In this document: piece by piece, positions 26,102 to 36,084 of the stretch
Position numbering within the stretch: the first letter of the stretch is position 1
How the letters are laid out: every line of letters begins with the position of its first letter
DNA from: Mytilus edulis
Lineage: Eukaryota
Length of the DNA: 64,000 nucleotides
Assembly (NCBI RefSeq): GCF_963676685.1
Contig: NC_092344.1
Span: 25,296,001 to 25,360,000 of the forward strand
Direction: 5' to 3'
Program-made: the position numbers and the translations under genes
The notes under the pieces: generated by a model
Seen by the model: the letters and a program-made list of their open reading frames with translations, nothing else
What the model was told of the DNA's origin: nothing
The model's database searches: none

Positions 26102-26402
26102 GTGAATATTAATATAAAATTGACTTATTTAATTGATTAAATCATCATATATATACGATTTTGGAGATTGACTTGGAATATCCGGAAAATCTTCATGATA
26201 GTCACATTGAAACCGTTTTTATCTTTTAATAATTTTCTTATATGTTACCAGCATACGGACTTTACTTAACTTTTTCTTATATATATATATATATATATAT
26301 TGTGTTAAAAAGGAGGTTAATATCTCATTTTTTTTTAATTGCTCGTATCTATATTGTAGAGTGAATATTAGTATAATTATGTTATTACTTTTACGGTTTC
26401 AG
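26102..26402 (+). other. Spliceosomal intron 1 of pPolB (phase 2)
   Basis: AAC AG|gtgaat ... ttttacggtttcag|T GTA TAT GGA AAA restores KLMCNSVYGKTMEN. Confidence 0.9.
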
Positions 26403-26845
26403 TGTATATGGAAAAACGATGGAAAACGTTAGAGAAAGGGTGGATATCAAATTGATAAGTAATGAGGAGAAACTACGAAAGTATGTTGCAAAACCATCTT
26501 TTAAGAGATTTAAAATATTCAACGAACATCTGATTGGAGTAGAAATGACGAGAGTTTCAATAGAACTCAATCGACCTGCATACTTAGGAGCACAAATTCT
26601 AGACATTTCCAAAAATTTGATGGCCTGGTTTCATCACCTAGTTATGAAACCAAAGTATGGAAATAATCTCGAACTTTTATTTACGGATACAGACAGTCTA
26701 TGTTATGAAATTGCTACGGATGATATTTATGAGGATATGGAAAATATGAGAGAATATTTCGATACTTCTAATTATGATGAATCACACCCACTACACTCTA
26801 ACAATTACAAGAAAATTCCCGGGAACATCAAAGATGAATTAGGAG

Positions 26846-27093
26846 GTATGTGATACTATTTTCTTTTCAATGCTCAATCAAATTATAATTGACACCTCTG
26901 AAATAATGATACTAATAACATATTGTTATACTTCCAATTTCATTCTACCAACTAATTATTTGTGTGTATCATACTTGTAGGAATTCATATCTTTATTTGT
27001 GAATAATGATGATGTTTTATATAATTTTATATGTTATCTGTTTTTTTGTACTTATATAATGGGATTATTCTATTATTACATTAATATTTTCAG
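26846..27093 (+). other. Spliceosomal intron 2 of pPolB (phase 1)
   Basis: GGA G|gtatgt ... attttcag|GA ATC GCA ATG restores KDELGGIAMKEFIGLRPK. Confidence 0.9.
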
Positions 27094-27459
27094 GAATCGC
27101 AATGAAAGAATTTATTGGATTGCGACCAAAAATGTATAGTCTAATTTATAATGAAGTAGATCACAGAGATGATAATTTGGAGTCGGAAGTGAGAGAGGTG
27201 GCGAAGATTACCACGAAGGGGATAACAAAAACTGCTAGAGATAAACAGTTGAAACATGAACATTTCAGACGATGTCTTTTTGAAAACAGAGTGACTACTC
27301 ATAATATGAAAGTTATTCGATCTCACAATCATCAACTTTATTTGGATAATGTGAAAAAGAAAGGATTGTGTAATTTTGATGACAAACGTTATTGGAAAGG
27401 AATACATAGTATGGCATTTGGACATTATAAAATTGATAACAATCATTGAAACATTTTTG

Positions 27460-27474
27460 TTTATTGTTAATAAA
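27460..27474. terminator. Back-to-back polyadenylation signals between convergent PolB and protease genes
   Basis: TTTATT at 27460-27465 (AATAAA on minus) and AATAAA at 27469-27474. Confidence 0.5.
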
Positions 27475-27520
27475 GTTATGTATATATATATATATATGTG
27501 TGTGTTTTAATTTGTTCACA

Positions 27521-28027
27521 CTAAGATTCACATAGACACACTTGTTTAAGACCTCTACATTTATACATAGAACCGAAAAATCTGTCGTTTATAAAATTGT
27601 ACACTAATTCATCATTATCAAGAAGGTTGTTGTCGAAATGTCTTAAGGTTCGTAACATGGAAAAACCTCTACATCGACACATTAAGTAGAATAAACAATA
27701 TTGTCCACAAACATTGGTCTTAAAACTTTGAAGTCTTTTATCATTTATCTCAATGTTCTTGAATCTGGATAAAAAAATTGCAATATACTTCGAAAGTTCA
27801 TTTGGATGTTTTCCATAGGAATCAAAACACTCGATAACATTATCTTTCTTGATGAAAAATGATATCCAATGACGTCCGGGGGCTTGTATAGGGTCCGTAT
27901 TCACTATGAAACCCACTGGTCGATGATTTGGAATATTTGGTATTCGATCTGCAGAAAATACTCCTAAAACTGTTTTTCTCATGAATGGATCACATTCAAT
28001 AGCACACTGTAACTGATGTGTGTTCAT
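27521..28027 (-). CDS. Adenain-like cysteine maturation protease
   Basis: GVFSAD, IVNTDP..PGRHW, FDSYG, LQ...VCGQYC (His/Asp/Gln/Cys catalytic set); intact; ATGA overlap with the MCP stop. Confidence 0.95.
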   Translation of the reverse strand: MNTHQLQCAIECDPFMRKTVLGVFSADRIPNIPNHRPVGFIVNTDPIQAPGRHWISFFIKKDNVIECFDSYGKHPNELSKYIAIFLSRFKNIEINDKRLQSFKTNVCGQYCLFYLMCRCRGFSMLRTLRHFDNNLLDNDELVYNFINDRFFGSMYKCRGLKQVCLCES

Positions 28028-29346
28028 TCTAAAACAATATCTCTTGCGGAGTTTATTTCAAAATACCCTGGAAATTCTGCATACACAATACAAGTCGTTG
28101 CTTCGGTAAGAGCTCTTGTGAACTGTGCTTCAAGTCGAACATTTCCCTGTTTTACAAGAGTTAAATAGTTTCCATCGTTTCCAAAGTTTGATTCAATCTC
28201 AAAACAGTATAAGGCATAACCACCTGCATAGTCTACTCTATCTATTTGGTTATCTGCATCCCTCATTAATTTATTAGTTATTTCGAACATACTATTATAT
28301 GCAGGGACAATAGTTCGTCCACTTGAGGGATTAAAGTTTAATTTCATGACGTTTCCTCCCACAGGAACACCATCCACAAATACTCCTATTTGAGTTAACC
28401 CGAAATTGGCAAAATTGAATGGATTTAACTGAAAGTTTCCCGATGCTGCCGCTGATTTCACAAATCCTATACAACAACGATTCGGTCTTAAACCTTGAAA
28501 TAAGTTGTCGTAGGTGTAACTTATGTTACCAGCTGGAATGGTTAATAATTTAACTTCAGTTCTCGTGAAAGGATATTTGGCATTCGTATTTTTCATTATC
28601 TCTGCTTGTCCATATATGACCGCGGGGTTTACTTGCACTTTACATGCTTTTAAAACAATGTCTTCAATAACAACTTCATAGCCTGTTTCATTGCTCATTA
28701 AACAAAACTCAGGTCTTGTACGGTATAACTTAACTCCAACAGCAACTTGGTTCATGAGATAGCGATCTAATTGAAAAAGATCATGCAATATCGGACCTTC
28801 CATGTCAACACTCATTGATTTTTCAAAAAATTGTGCACGTCTTGCAAGTCCAGCGTTTGAAGTATTTTCTACATCATAATCATCCATATATCCAAGAGTG
28901 TCTTTCGACCACATTAACGATGTCAGTTGTGATGTCTTGGCACCTGATCCGTAGGATAGTAACGTTTGAATCATAGCTTTGTACGGATAATGATTAGTTG
29001 TTGATGTTATTAGTTTTCCCTGCATCGTTACATCTACTTGATCAAACATTGAATAAAAGGGTAAATTTACTGGAGAGACTTTAAGAGTGGTCGCATCAAG
29101 CATTTTGCCGTCACTTTGCACAATTTTTACTTTGATGTAAAGTTTAGATCTTTTCAAGTCCAAAAATTCCATCCCATTGTGACCAGTGATAATGAATTCT
29201 ATAGGTGCACTGCCATTTATGTGTGAAGTAGATCTTACTTCTTGGTAATACACCTTTTCTATTGCTGTTTGTGATGGAGGTAGTGAAAAAAGACTTAACT
29301 GACTAGGTTGTGCCTCTTGAAAATCTTCCATGGTTAAAGCTGACAT
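28024..29346 (-). CDS. Double jelly-roll major capsid protein (Polinton PY / adintovirus hexon)
   Basis: 440 aa, intact; SQLSLFSLPPSQTAIE, PIEF, FLDL..SKLY, YPYKAMIQTLLSY, LNPFNF, GYALYCF, GNVRLEAQF. Confidence 0.95.
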   Translation of the reverse strand: MSALTMEDFQEAQPSQLSLFSLPPSQTAIEKVYYQEVRSTSHINGSAPIEFIITGHNGMEFLDLKRSKLYIKVKIVQSDGKMLDATTLKVSPVNLPFYSMFDQVDVTMQGKLITSTTNHYPYKAMIQTLLSYGSGAKTSQLTSLMWSKDTLGYMDDYDVENTSNAGLARRAQFFEKSMSVDMEGPILHDLFQLDRYLMNQVAVGVKLYRTRPEFCLMSNETGYEVVIEDIVLKACKVQVNPAVIYGQAEIMKNTNAKYPFTRTEVKLLTIPAGNISYTYDNLFQGLRPNRCCIGFVKSAAASGNFQLNPFNFANFGLTQIGVFVDGVPVGGNVMKLNFNPSSGRTIVPAYNSMFEITNKLMRDADNQIDRVDYAGGYALYCFEIESNFGNDGNYLTLVKQGNVRLEAQFTRALTEATTCIVYAEFPGYFEINSARDIVLE

Positions 29347-29352
29347 ACTAAG

Positions 29353-29862
29353 TTAATTCAAAATATCAGATATAGGAAGGACTCTTCGTTTTGCTTTCAG
29401 TAACTTCTTTTTGAGACTTTTCATATTCTTTGTTGTCCTATTGGTTTTGGTTTTCTTTTTCTTTTTTATAGATTTAACCTTCTTGTGTGTGGACAATTTC
29501 TTTCTCATCTGACATCTCCGACGACGTTTAGATGAATGATTGCGAGACAAGTTCCTCTTTCTTTTTACACCTCGTTTCGTTGCATTTATTTGTTTTTCAG
29601 CCATTTGAATGGTTTGTTCAGTTGGTGAAACCATATTTACCGTCACTTTATTAGGATTTGAGATTTTTCTTGTGTTATTCGATGATTCAATTGGTACCAT
29701 GAAAGATCCCTGACCACTGGAAAGAGAGCCTCCGACTTGTACTCCTCCTTTTCCTCCCTGTTGTATTCTGTTTAGAAATGGATTATGATTACCTTTCCCC
29801 GCAGTATTATAATATGATACCCATTTTTGAAAATTTGGTACATACATATTCTTCGTATTCAT
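29353..29862 (-). CDS. Basic putative virion core / DNA-condensing protein
   Basis: 169 aa between penton and MCP; YY followed by QQGG/QVGG glycine motifs; highly Lys/Arg-rich C-terminal half. Confidence 0.75.
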   Translation of the reverse strand: MNTKNMYVPNFQKWVSYYNTAGKGNHNPFLNRIQQGGKGGVQVGGSLSSGQGSFMVPIESSNNTRKISNPNKVTVNMVSPTEQTIQMAEKQINATKRGVKRKRNLSRNHSSKRRRRCQMRKKLSTHKKVKSIKKKKKTKTNRTTKNMKSLKKKLLKAKRRVLPISDILN

Positions 29863-29867
29863 GTTGT

Positions 29868-30287
29868 TTAGAAGAATGGAAAAGATTTAAAATGAAGTGT
29901 TATCGTTGAAGGATGGTCAAGAAATGATGCTAATTTACCGTTTTCATCTGTTATATAGGCATCTATATCATACATCTCACTTATTTTGATGGGAACATAG
30001 TGTGGTGATTCTAAAACTGTAGACCAGTTTCCAGGTTCAAACATCATGAGTCTTCTCAGTAAAGGATTTCTGTGACCATCAACAATTGAATCATCACAAA
30101 TCTTGGAATGGATATATCATGCGTTTGTCATTGATAGTGATGATGAGATGTTAGCTTCCACCAACGCAACCTTCCACATACCATTCATGTTTAGTGGAGA
30201 ACCTAACTGTGATCTAAATTTGGATGGAACGTTTTCTGGAAAATATTCCAGAGATTTGTTACTGCTTAAAATAACATACAAACTCAT
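29868..30287 (-). pseudogene. Minor capsid protein (penton, single jelly-roll), 139 aa with one in-frame TGA at 30117-30119
   Basis: MSLYVILSSNKSLEYFPENVPSKFRSQL..W.VALVE...*YIHSKICDDSIVDG..PLLRR..HYVPI..IDAYITDENG..F..TITLHFK; ATGA overlap with the integrase stop. Confidence 0.85.
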
Positions 30288-31420
30288 GTTTCCTCTGAAT
30301 CTTCTGTTGTATCTATGATGTCCTTTTCTGATATCCACTGGTTAAAACGAGAATCAAATCCATCAAACTTTACAAGATATTGAATTTCACCATTTCTTTT
30401 TCGTTTCCTTATCTTTTTTTCAATGAACCACAACGCATCTTCGTTCTTATCAATCTTTTGCATCTCTGACTCATACATATTACCCCGTATTTCTTGATTA
30501 AGCAAGTCAATTATTCGGTATTGTGGAATATTCTGCATACGAAAACGTTTATTAACTTTAAATATTTCTCTGGTGAATTGTTCATCATAGGATCTCTTGA
30601 AGATCATATTACCATGAGTTATACGCATCATGTCATTGATTTTAAACTTGTAAGGAGTTACACCTGTTGTTTTACGAGGTTTCAAGTACATGTATGCCCA
30701 TAAATCTGTCTCGTTGTTTTTGTTTACATCTTGTGGAGCAATGTTATTTAAACTTTTATGTGGTGTTTTGTTGTAATTCTTTACAATATCCTCCAGTATG
30801 TCAACATAGCGATGGTTTCTGTTTTTGGTAAAGATGCGATACATCTTATTTTTAATTGTTTTGATAACCCTTTCACAGTAGTTGGCTTTAGTTTGAGAAT
30901 TTTGTGTAGTGAAAAAATAAATGTTTTCCTTTTTAAGATAACTTTTGACAATGTGATTAACAAACTCAGTACCTTTGTCACTGCGTAATTTTCTACATTT
31001 TCTACCCTTGTGGAAGATTCGCTTCAATCCCGCCACCACTTCTTTTCCTGTTTTATTTTTTAGAGGTTCAATCCATAGAAAGCGGGAGAAAATATCAATG
31101 AGTACCAATAAAAATTTTATATCTTTATTAGACTTTGAAATAGAGTTAACATCCATCAAGTCCATGTCAAATTGTTCATCAATTTTGTTGACAATAACTC
31201 TTGCCTTTTTGAATGATTTGCTTGTCGGTTTTTGAAGACTGTAATTGTCTTGGTTTTGTAACCATTTTCGGATGGTGTATATTCCAATATCATGAATTCC
31301 TCTTGATTTGATGATTTGGTGAAGTTTTGTAGGACCAGAATAAGCTCCAGCATTCGAAAGATTGTAATATAATTTTTCTAAATACTTATAAATTTCGTTA
31401 CGTCTTTTTTTAGTTAACAT
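30284..31420 (-). CDS. Retroviral-like (RVE) integrase with C-terminal chromodomain
   Basis: LYYN..GAYSG, DMDLMD, IDIFSRF, SDKGTEF, CERVIKT, YNKTPH; chromodomain IEKKIRKRKRNGEIQYLVKFDGFDSRFNQWI; intact; start taken at MLTKK. Confidence 0.95.
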   Translation of the reverse strand: MLTKKRRNEIYKYLEKLYYNLSNAGAYSGPTKLHQIIKSRGIHDIGIYTIRKWLQNQDNYSLQKPTSKSFKKARVIVNKIDEQFDMDLMDVNSISKSNKDIKFLLVLIDIFSRFLWIEPLKNKTGKEVVAGLKRIFHKGRKCRKLRSDKGTEFVNHIVKSYLKKENIYFFTTQNSQTKANYCERVIKTIKNKMYRIFTKNRNHRYVDILEDIVKNYNKTPHKSLNNIAPQDVNKNNETDLWAYMYLKPRKTTGVTPYKFKINDMMRITHGNMIFKRSYDEQFTREIFKVNKRFRMQNIPQYRIIDLLNQEIRGNMYESEMQKIDKNEDALWFIEKKIRKRKRNGEIQYLVKFDGFDSRFNQWISEKDIIDTTEDSEET

Positions 31421-31642
31421 GTTCATAAACGTCTTCAATGTCTGACAGTATAACTTGAAATAAAACAATATTATATATATTAGGGGTTGAAGTATTATTG
31501 TACATGTTGATGATAAAGTATAACAATAAAAACTAATAAGATGTGATATATTTATTCGAAATTGAAACTTACAATTAATATACCTATGTAAAATTATAAA
31601 GTTTATATTAATATATAATAATAATGTCCAACTTATTACTAT

Positions 31643-32056
31643 TTAACTAGTAAAACGATGATTAAGAACAATCACATTCTTCACCATTTCATAAAATTTG
31701 TCCTTGTTAGGTAAATGTTCATTCTGCCATTTCTGATTTTGTAATAGTTTAACAAATGCATTCTGTAGATCTTCTGGAATATCCGTAAGATGTGTATCAA
31801 TTTTCCATAAATCTAAAACTTCTTCACATTTCACATTTTCCATGGCATCGTCAAAATGTATGTTTAAATGTTCGATGTCATCCATCATAAGACAGCTGTG
31901 CTTTCTTTGACTAGCATCACCTTCTCTACAACCGAAACAGTGTTGTAACGTTAAGAAATAAATTTCCTCTTCCACTTTTTTAATATAATTGAACATATAT
32001 ATGTTGATCATCATTCGAGTAGTCTTATCCTGTGTTACTGATTGTACTTCTTCCAT
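31643..32056 (-). CDS. Polinton accessory protein with C-x2-C-x9-H-x-C putative zinc motif
   Basis: 137 aa; HCFGCREGDASQRKHSCLM; TATAAAAA upstream on minus (32109-32102). Confidence 0.7.
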   Translation of the reverse strand: MEEVQSVTQDKTTRMMINIYMFNYIKKVEEEIYFLTLQHCFGCREGDASQRKHSCLMMDDIEHLNIHFDDAMENVKCEEVLDLWKIDTHLTDIPEDLQNAFVKLLQNQKWQNEHLPNKDKFYEMVKNVIVLNHRFTS

Positions 32057-32151
32057 CGTGATTGTTCGTAGTACTAATTTCCAAATTAAAACTCGAGAAT
32101 ATTTTTATAGACTTATTATCACGTGATTTAATGAATCAACGAAATGATTGG

Positions 32152-32553
32152 TTAACAGCATTGGAAGTTGTTGAACTGAGTGACATTTTTAGAAACAATT
32201 TTAGCAAATAAACAATTGGGTTCCCAATTCAAATGTTCGGTCTCTATGCAGTCATTCTTTCTCCATTGTTTTAGTGTTATATCACAGTAAAAACATGTAA
32301 CTCGATCGCCAACTCCTGTATAGAAAAAACCATTTTGTATTAATGCTTCAGCTTTCTGTTCCATTTGATGAGGCCAATGTTGAAAAGTTTGTTCCCGTGC
32401 GATGTAGTACAATTTAGTAGGATGTATAGGAGTAAATGTAAATAAGTCGTCATTAGAATTGAGTTGCATGTTTAGCTGTTTGATTCGGAATGATTGATGT
32501 TTTTTTTTCTTTCTTGGTATGTTACAACAGGGTCGATTACGTTCATTTAGCAT
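32152..32553 (-). CDS. Single-BIR-domain inhibitor-of-apoptosis-like protein
   Basis: [25 protein letters not shown]-x16-H-x6-C complete BIR zinc motif; no RING; 5' end lies at the rearranged junction, so the true start is uncertain. Confidence 0.9.
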   Translation of the reverse strand: MLNERNRPCCNIPRKKKKHQSFRIKQLNMQLNSNDDLFTFTPIHPTKLYYIAREQTFQHWPHQMEQKAEALIQNGFFYTGVGDRVTCFYCDITLKQWRKNDCIETEHLNWEPNCLFAKIVSKNVTQFNNFQCC

Positions 32554-32850
32554 TGAAAGTCAGCATTGAAAGTGAATTTAGGGTGGATTCTTTTGTTCTG
32601 GAACATATAGGATGAGTTCTTTTGTTCTGGAAAATATAAGGGTGGATTCTTTTGTTCTGGAAAATATAGGGTGGATTTGGGTGGATTCTTTTGTTCTGGA
32701 AAAAATTCTTTTGATCTGGAACAGGCGGTTTAAATATAGGGTGGATTTGGGTGGATTCTTTTGTTCTGGAACAGGCAGTTGAAATATAGGGTGGATTTGG
32801 GTGGATTCTTTTGTTCTGGAAAAAATTCTTTTGTTCTGGAACAGGTAGTT
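32549..32850. repeat. Scrambled iterated-motif array at the Polinton/Helitron junction
   Basis: About 8 copies of ttcttttgttctggaa interleaved with gggtggatt(tgggtggatt) and aatatag; agcattgaaagt duplicated at 32549-32573. Confidence 0.9.
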
Positions 32851-35800
32851 TATAACTACTTATAACACTGTATTCAGAAGTGAATCTTGCAAGACACAAT
32901 TTGATAAAGATATCAATGTGTGGTCTACCTTTATATCTATCAACAATATTGTTCATCCAAGTACTATTTTCATCTTCATCTTCATCTTCACTGTCACTAT
33001 TATGTCTTTTTCTTTTTGTAGACTTACAATGCTGTTGTTTCTCTATGTCTTTCAAAGGAATGCTCATTCTACATGGATTTTCACCAACAGGTATAAATTC
33101 TACTTTCCTTGAACACTCTCTTAATCTCAATCCAGTTACTCTAAACACTGCTTCCTGTGCACTTATCTCTCAATGGTGTAAGTATGAAGTTCCAACTTTT
33201 TGCATAGTCTGTTGAGCATTTAGATTTCCTTCTTCTGCTTCATTTTTAGTCTGTTGGAGGAGTAATCCTAGCTCTCGCTCAGCTTTACTTATGTAACTTA
33301 TAATGTATACAACACAGGAAAATGCATCCAAAATATATTGTATGTCCATATTTGCATCCCAAGCCCTCAAAAGATGTGGGTTATACTGATTGGTGTATAT
33401 TTCATTTGACTGACGTTTGAGAACTACTGTATTGCGATTGGTGATGAAACGATAATATGTTTCGAAGCTTTCTTGAGTTAGTCCTATTTTCTTGAAAATT
33501 TCAGAAACATCTAAGTTTTCACCTTCGTGCTTTTTTATAACTTCCCATAAGTCGGACAATATTCCCTTTGCTAAATCTTCATCGTCCTCTAAATCTTTAT
33601 CTGGATCACTTGGTTCTGAGATAAATGTTCTAGTTGAGGGAGGTCTTGGGAAATTAAAACGACATACTGTTCCCTTTTTCTTACATGATTTTGAATGTTT
33701 TTTGCTGTGTTGGTGTACTGCCATAACAATTTCATGCAATTCTTTGTCTTTCTTTTCATTTGGTATCTCACATGTTATGTACTTGTCAATAAAGGTAATA
33801 ACGTCATCAATATCATCTTCGCCAAATTTTGGAGCATTTTCTACCCAAAACAAACAATGTGTGTGGGGAGAACCTCTTTGTTGAAATTCAACTCGGTAAA
33901 AATAGTCGATTATTTTCCCTATTGGTTCAGCTTCTGACATGATAACATTGTTCAGAAACATATGAAATCTATGATCAAACATTCTTACTACTGTAACAGG
34001 ATTGCTACAAAGAACTTTACATTTTTCATCCCATGTCATATTTTCACTATTTCTCATGTCACCTTGCTGTTTTAAAATTGTGTTTACAATTTCTGACCAT
34101 CTGAAGTCTGCAGAAGAAAAAGAACAGAAGAATGTGGGGACTCCTAACTGTCTTATCATTGCAAATATATCTTTTTGTGAGCTTTGCCAATAGGGAGGAG
34201 TTCCACGAATAGGTTTTAAATATTTTATAGCTTCATCTTTCTTAAATAATTCTTTTAAGGTTTCCTTGTTGCAAAGCATTTCTCTTGTAACTTTCTTTCC
34301 TTCTTTCGAAAAAGGACATTGTTTTCTAAGAGATATCTGAACGTTTGAAATCACGCTATTGAGCTCTGTTAAATATTGACTGAAAAATATGTAGTTGGTA
34401 TCTCTAGCAAATCTATTTTCAACACTCATTAATCGAAGATTAAAGTATCTACCAATAGTAAGTTTTTCATCACGGTCTTCATCCGAAGTATTTTTACCCG
34501 ATGGAAAGTGCACAGGAAATGTTTTAGCTTCAATACCTGGTTCTTTTAGAACACTAAGAGGATTGTTATTTTCTGCTGGAGCTAAATTAAATACTTGATC
34601 AAAGCATAAATCTAAAGCCTCTTGTCCTATGTCAGCTGGTTGTAAACAAGTATCTAACTGAACACCACGTAACCTATCATCAATGTAGCTATATTGTTCA
34701 CTTTCTACTTCCCTTTCAATGCCTACTTTCGAAGATTTTGACATGTTTTCAAACGCATCTTTTTGTATTTCTTTATTCCCCATCATCTCAGTATCATTAG
34801 AATCAGAATCAGATTCATCATTCACTACTTGAACATCATTTACTTCAGGAATAGGGTTTATCCATTCGTCATTGACAGCGACATCTTTATACCACACTTT
34901 TTTATCCTTTAAATACACAAGTGCTTGCTCCAAATGGTTTGGTCTAACATATTGGTATTTGTCATAACCTTTGTAGTTGAGCTTTCTCTTCAGTTTAACC
35001 TTAAGTAAAAGACTTTCATCTTCTGATCGTGGTAGTATAGTAGTAACTTTTTTTCAAATCAGACGGCACACAAACTACAGGTCCATGAACACCTTTTTGT
35101 CCTCCTTTTGGTAAAGCCATTATCTTCATGAATGGAATGTTCAGGGCTATAAGTTGTTGCTCTATTGAATTTAGCTGTTTTAATTCTAATGGAACATCTT
35201 CAAGCATTAAACCATTTGAAAACGAATCTGCAGGTATTTTACCTTTCATCATTTTACGATGACAAGTATAACAAATCCATAGACTTGTTCTGCATGTTCC
35301 TTCAAAAGCACAATGAATATTGCAGTCATCTGTACATGTGTGTTTATATTTCTCTGTTGTGCATGATTCATATATAGAATTATCATAGGACCCCTTTTTA
35401 CAGATCAGAACCTGTTTTTCAAAGAACAGCCTCAAGCAGCAAGAACAAACACATTCTGGACCTTTCTCAACAGCATCTTTAAATTTTCTGATAACTTCAG
35501 TTATTTGTTTGTTTTCCTGTTTTAAATTTTCACGACGTGTTTCTGTTTGTTGTTTAACCTTACATTTATGTGACTCATCATTTGCATACTTCTGTATACT
35601 TGCTTGTTTCACATGTTCTTTGTGCTTTTCATCTTCCTTATACTTTTGTACACTTGCTTGTTTGACATGTGTCTTGTGTTGTTCATCTTCTTCATACTTA
35701 TATATACTAGCTCGTTTCAATTTTTCTCTGTACTTGTCATTTTCTTGATATTTCTGAATTCCAGATTCTTTCAAAGCATCTCTGTAATCTTTGTCCTCTC

Positions 35801-36084
35801 GATATTTCTTAATGCCTGCTTGTATTAAATTATCTCTGTATGTCTCATTTTCCCAATATTTTCTTTTCAGAGTGGAAATTTTTCTTGCTTTAAATTCCTC
35901 ATCTTTTCTGTACCTTATCCTTTCTTTTTTAGCTTTTGATAAGACTTTTGATTCATCATCCGAATAGTTATCCGAATCAATAATTTTCAATGTTGGCACC
36001 TCACATTTCCTATCAAATTCAGACTTTTCGCTTCCAACTGGACTAGATTGCATTCTGTTTTGATACCTTGACTTTTGAATTACA

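Larger units (their letters stand above)
22635..27449 (+). pseudogene. Protein-primed family B DNA polymerase (pPolB), three exons (22635-26101, 26403-26845, 27094-27449), three in-frame stops
   Basis: N-terminal C2H2 fingers (CETCGKKY..LSRHMKTH); IINIKNTDNKCFLWS; HYCWIKNL; exonuclease YADME and HNCRGFDSH; Endonuclease VII-like C..C..DHDH..RG..C..CN; motif A YLDANNLYG; motif B KLMCN/SVYGK rebuilt by splicing; motif C FTDTDS; EFIGLRPKMYS; DDKR. Stops at 23559 (TAA), 24711 (TGA) and 25506 (TAG), with frame maintained. Confidence 0.95.
14560..32553. mobile_element. Endogenous Polinton/Maverick (adintovirus-like) provirus, both termini not identifiable
   Basis: Full core gene set in two convergent blocks: plus strand ATPase and pPolB; minus strand integrase, penton, core protein, MCP and protease; plus accessory genes. 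The left boundary is approximate. Confidence 0.95.

Noticed and set aside
32580-32850. CRISPR-like repeat-spacer array
   Set aside because: The intervening sequences are themselves repeated, spacing is irregular, no cas genes are present and the context is eukaryotic
32543-33148. ORF 32543-33148 as a standalone Polinton gene
   Set aside because: Its first half is the continuation of the Helitron Rep ORF past a nonsense codon; its second half is translated junction repeat
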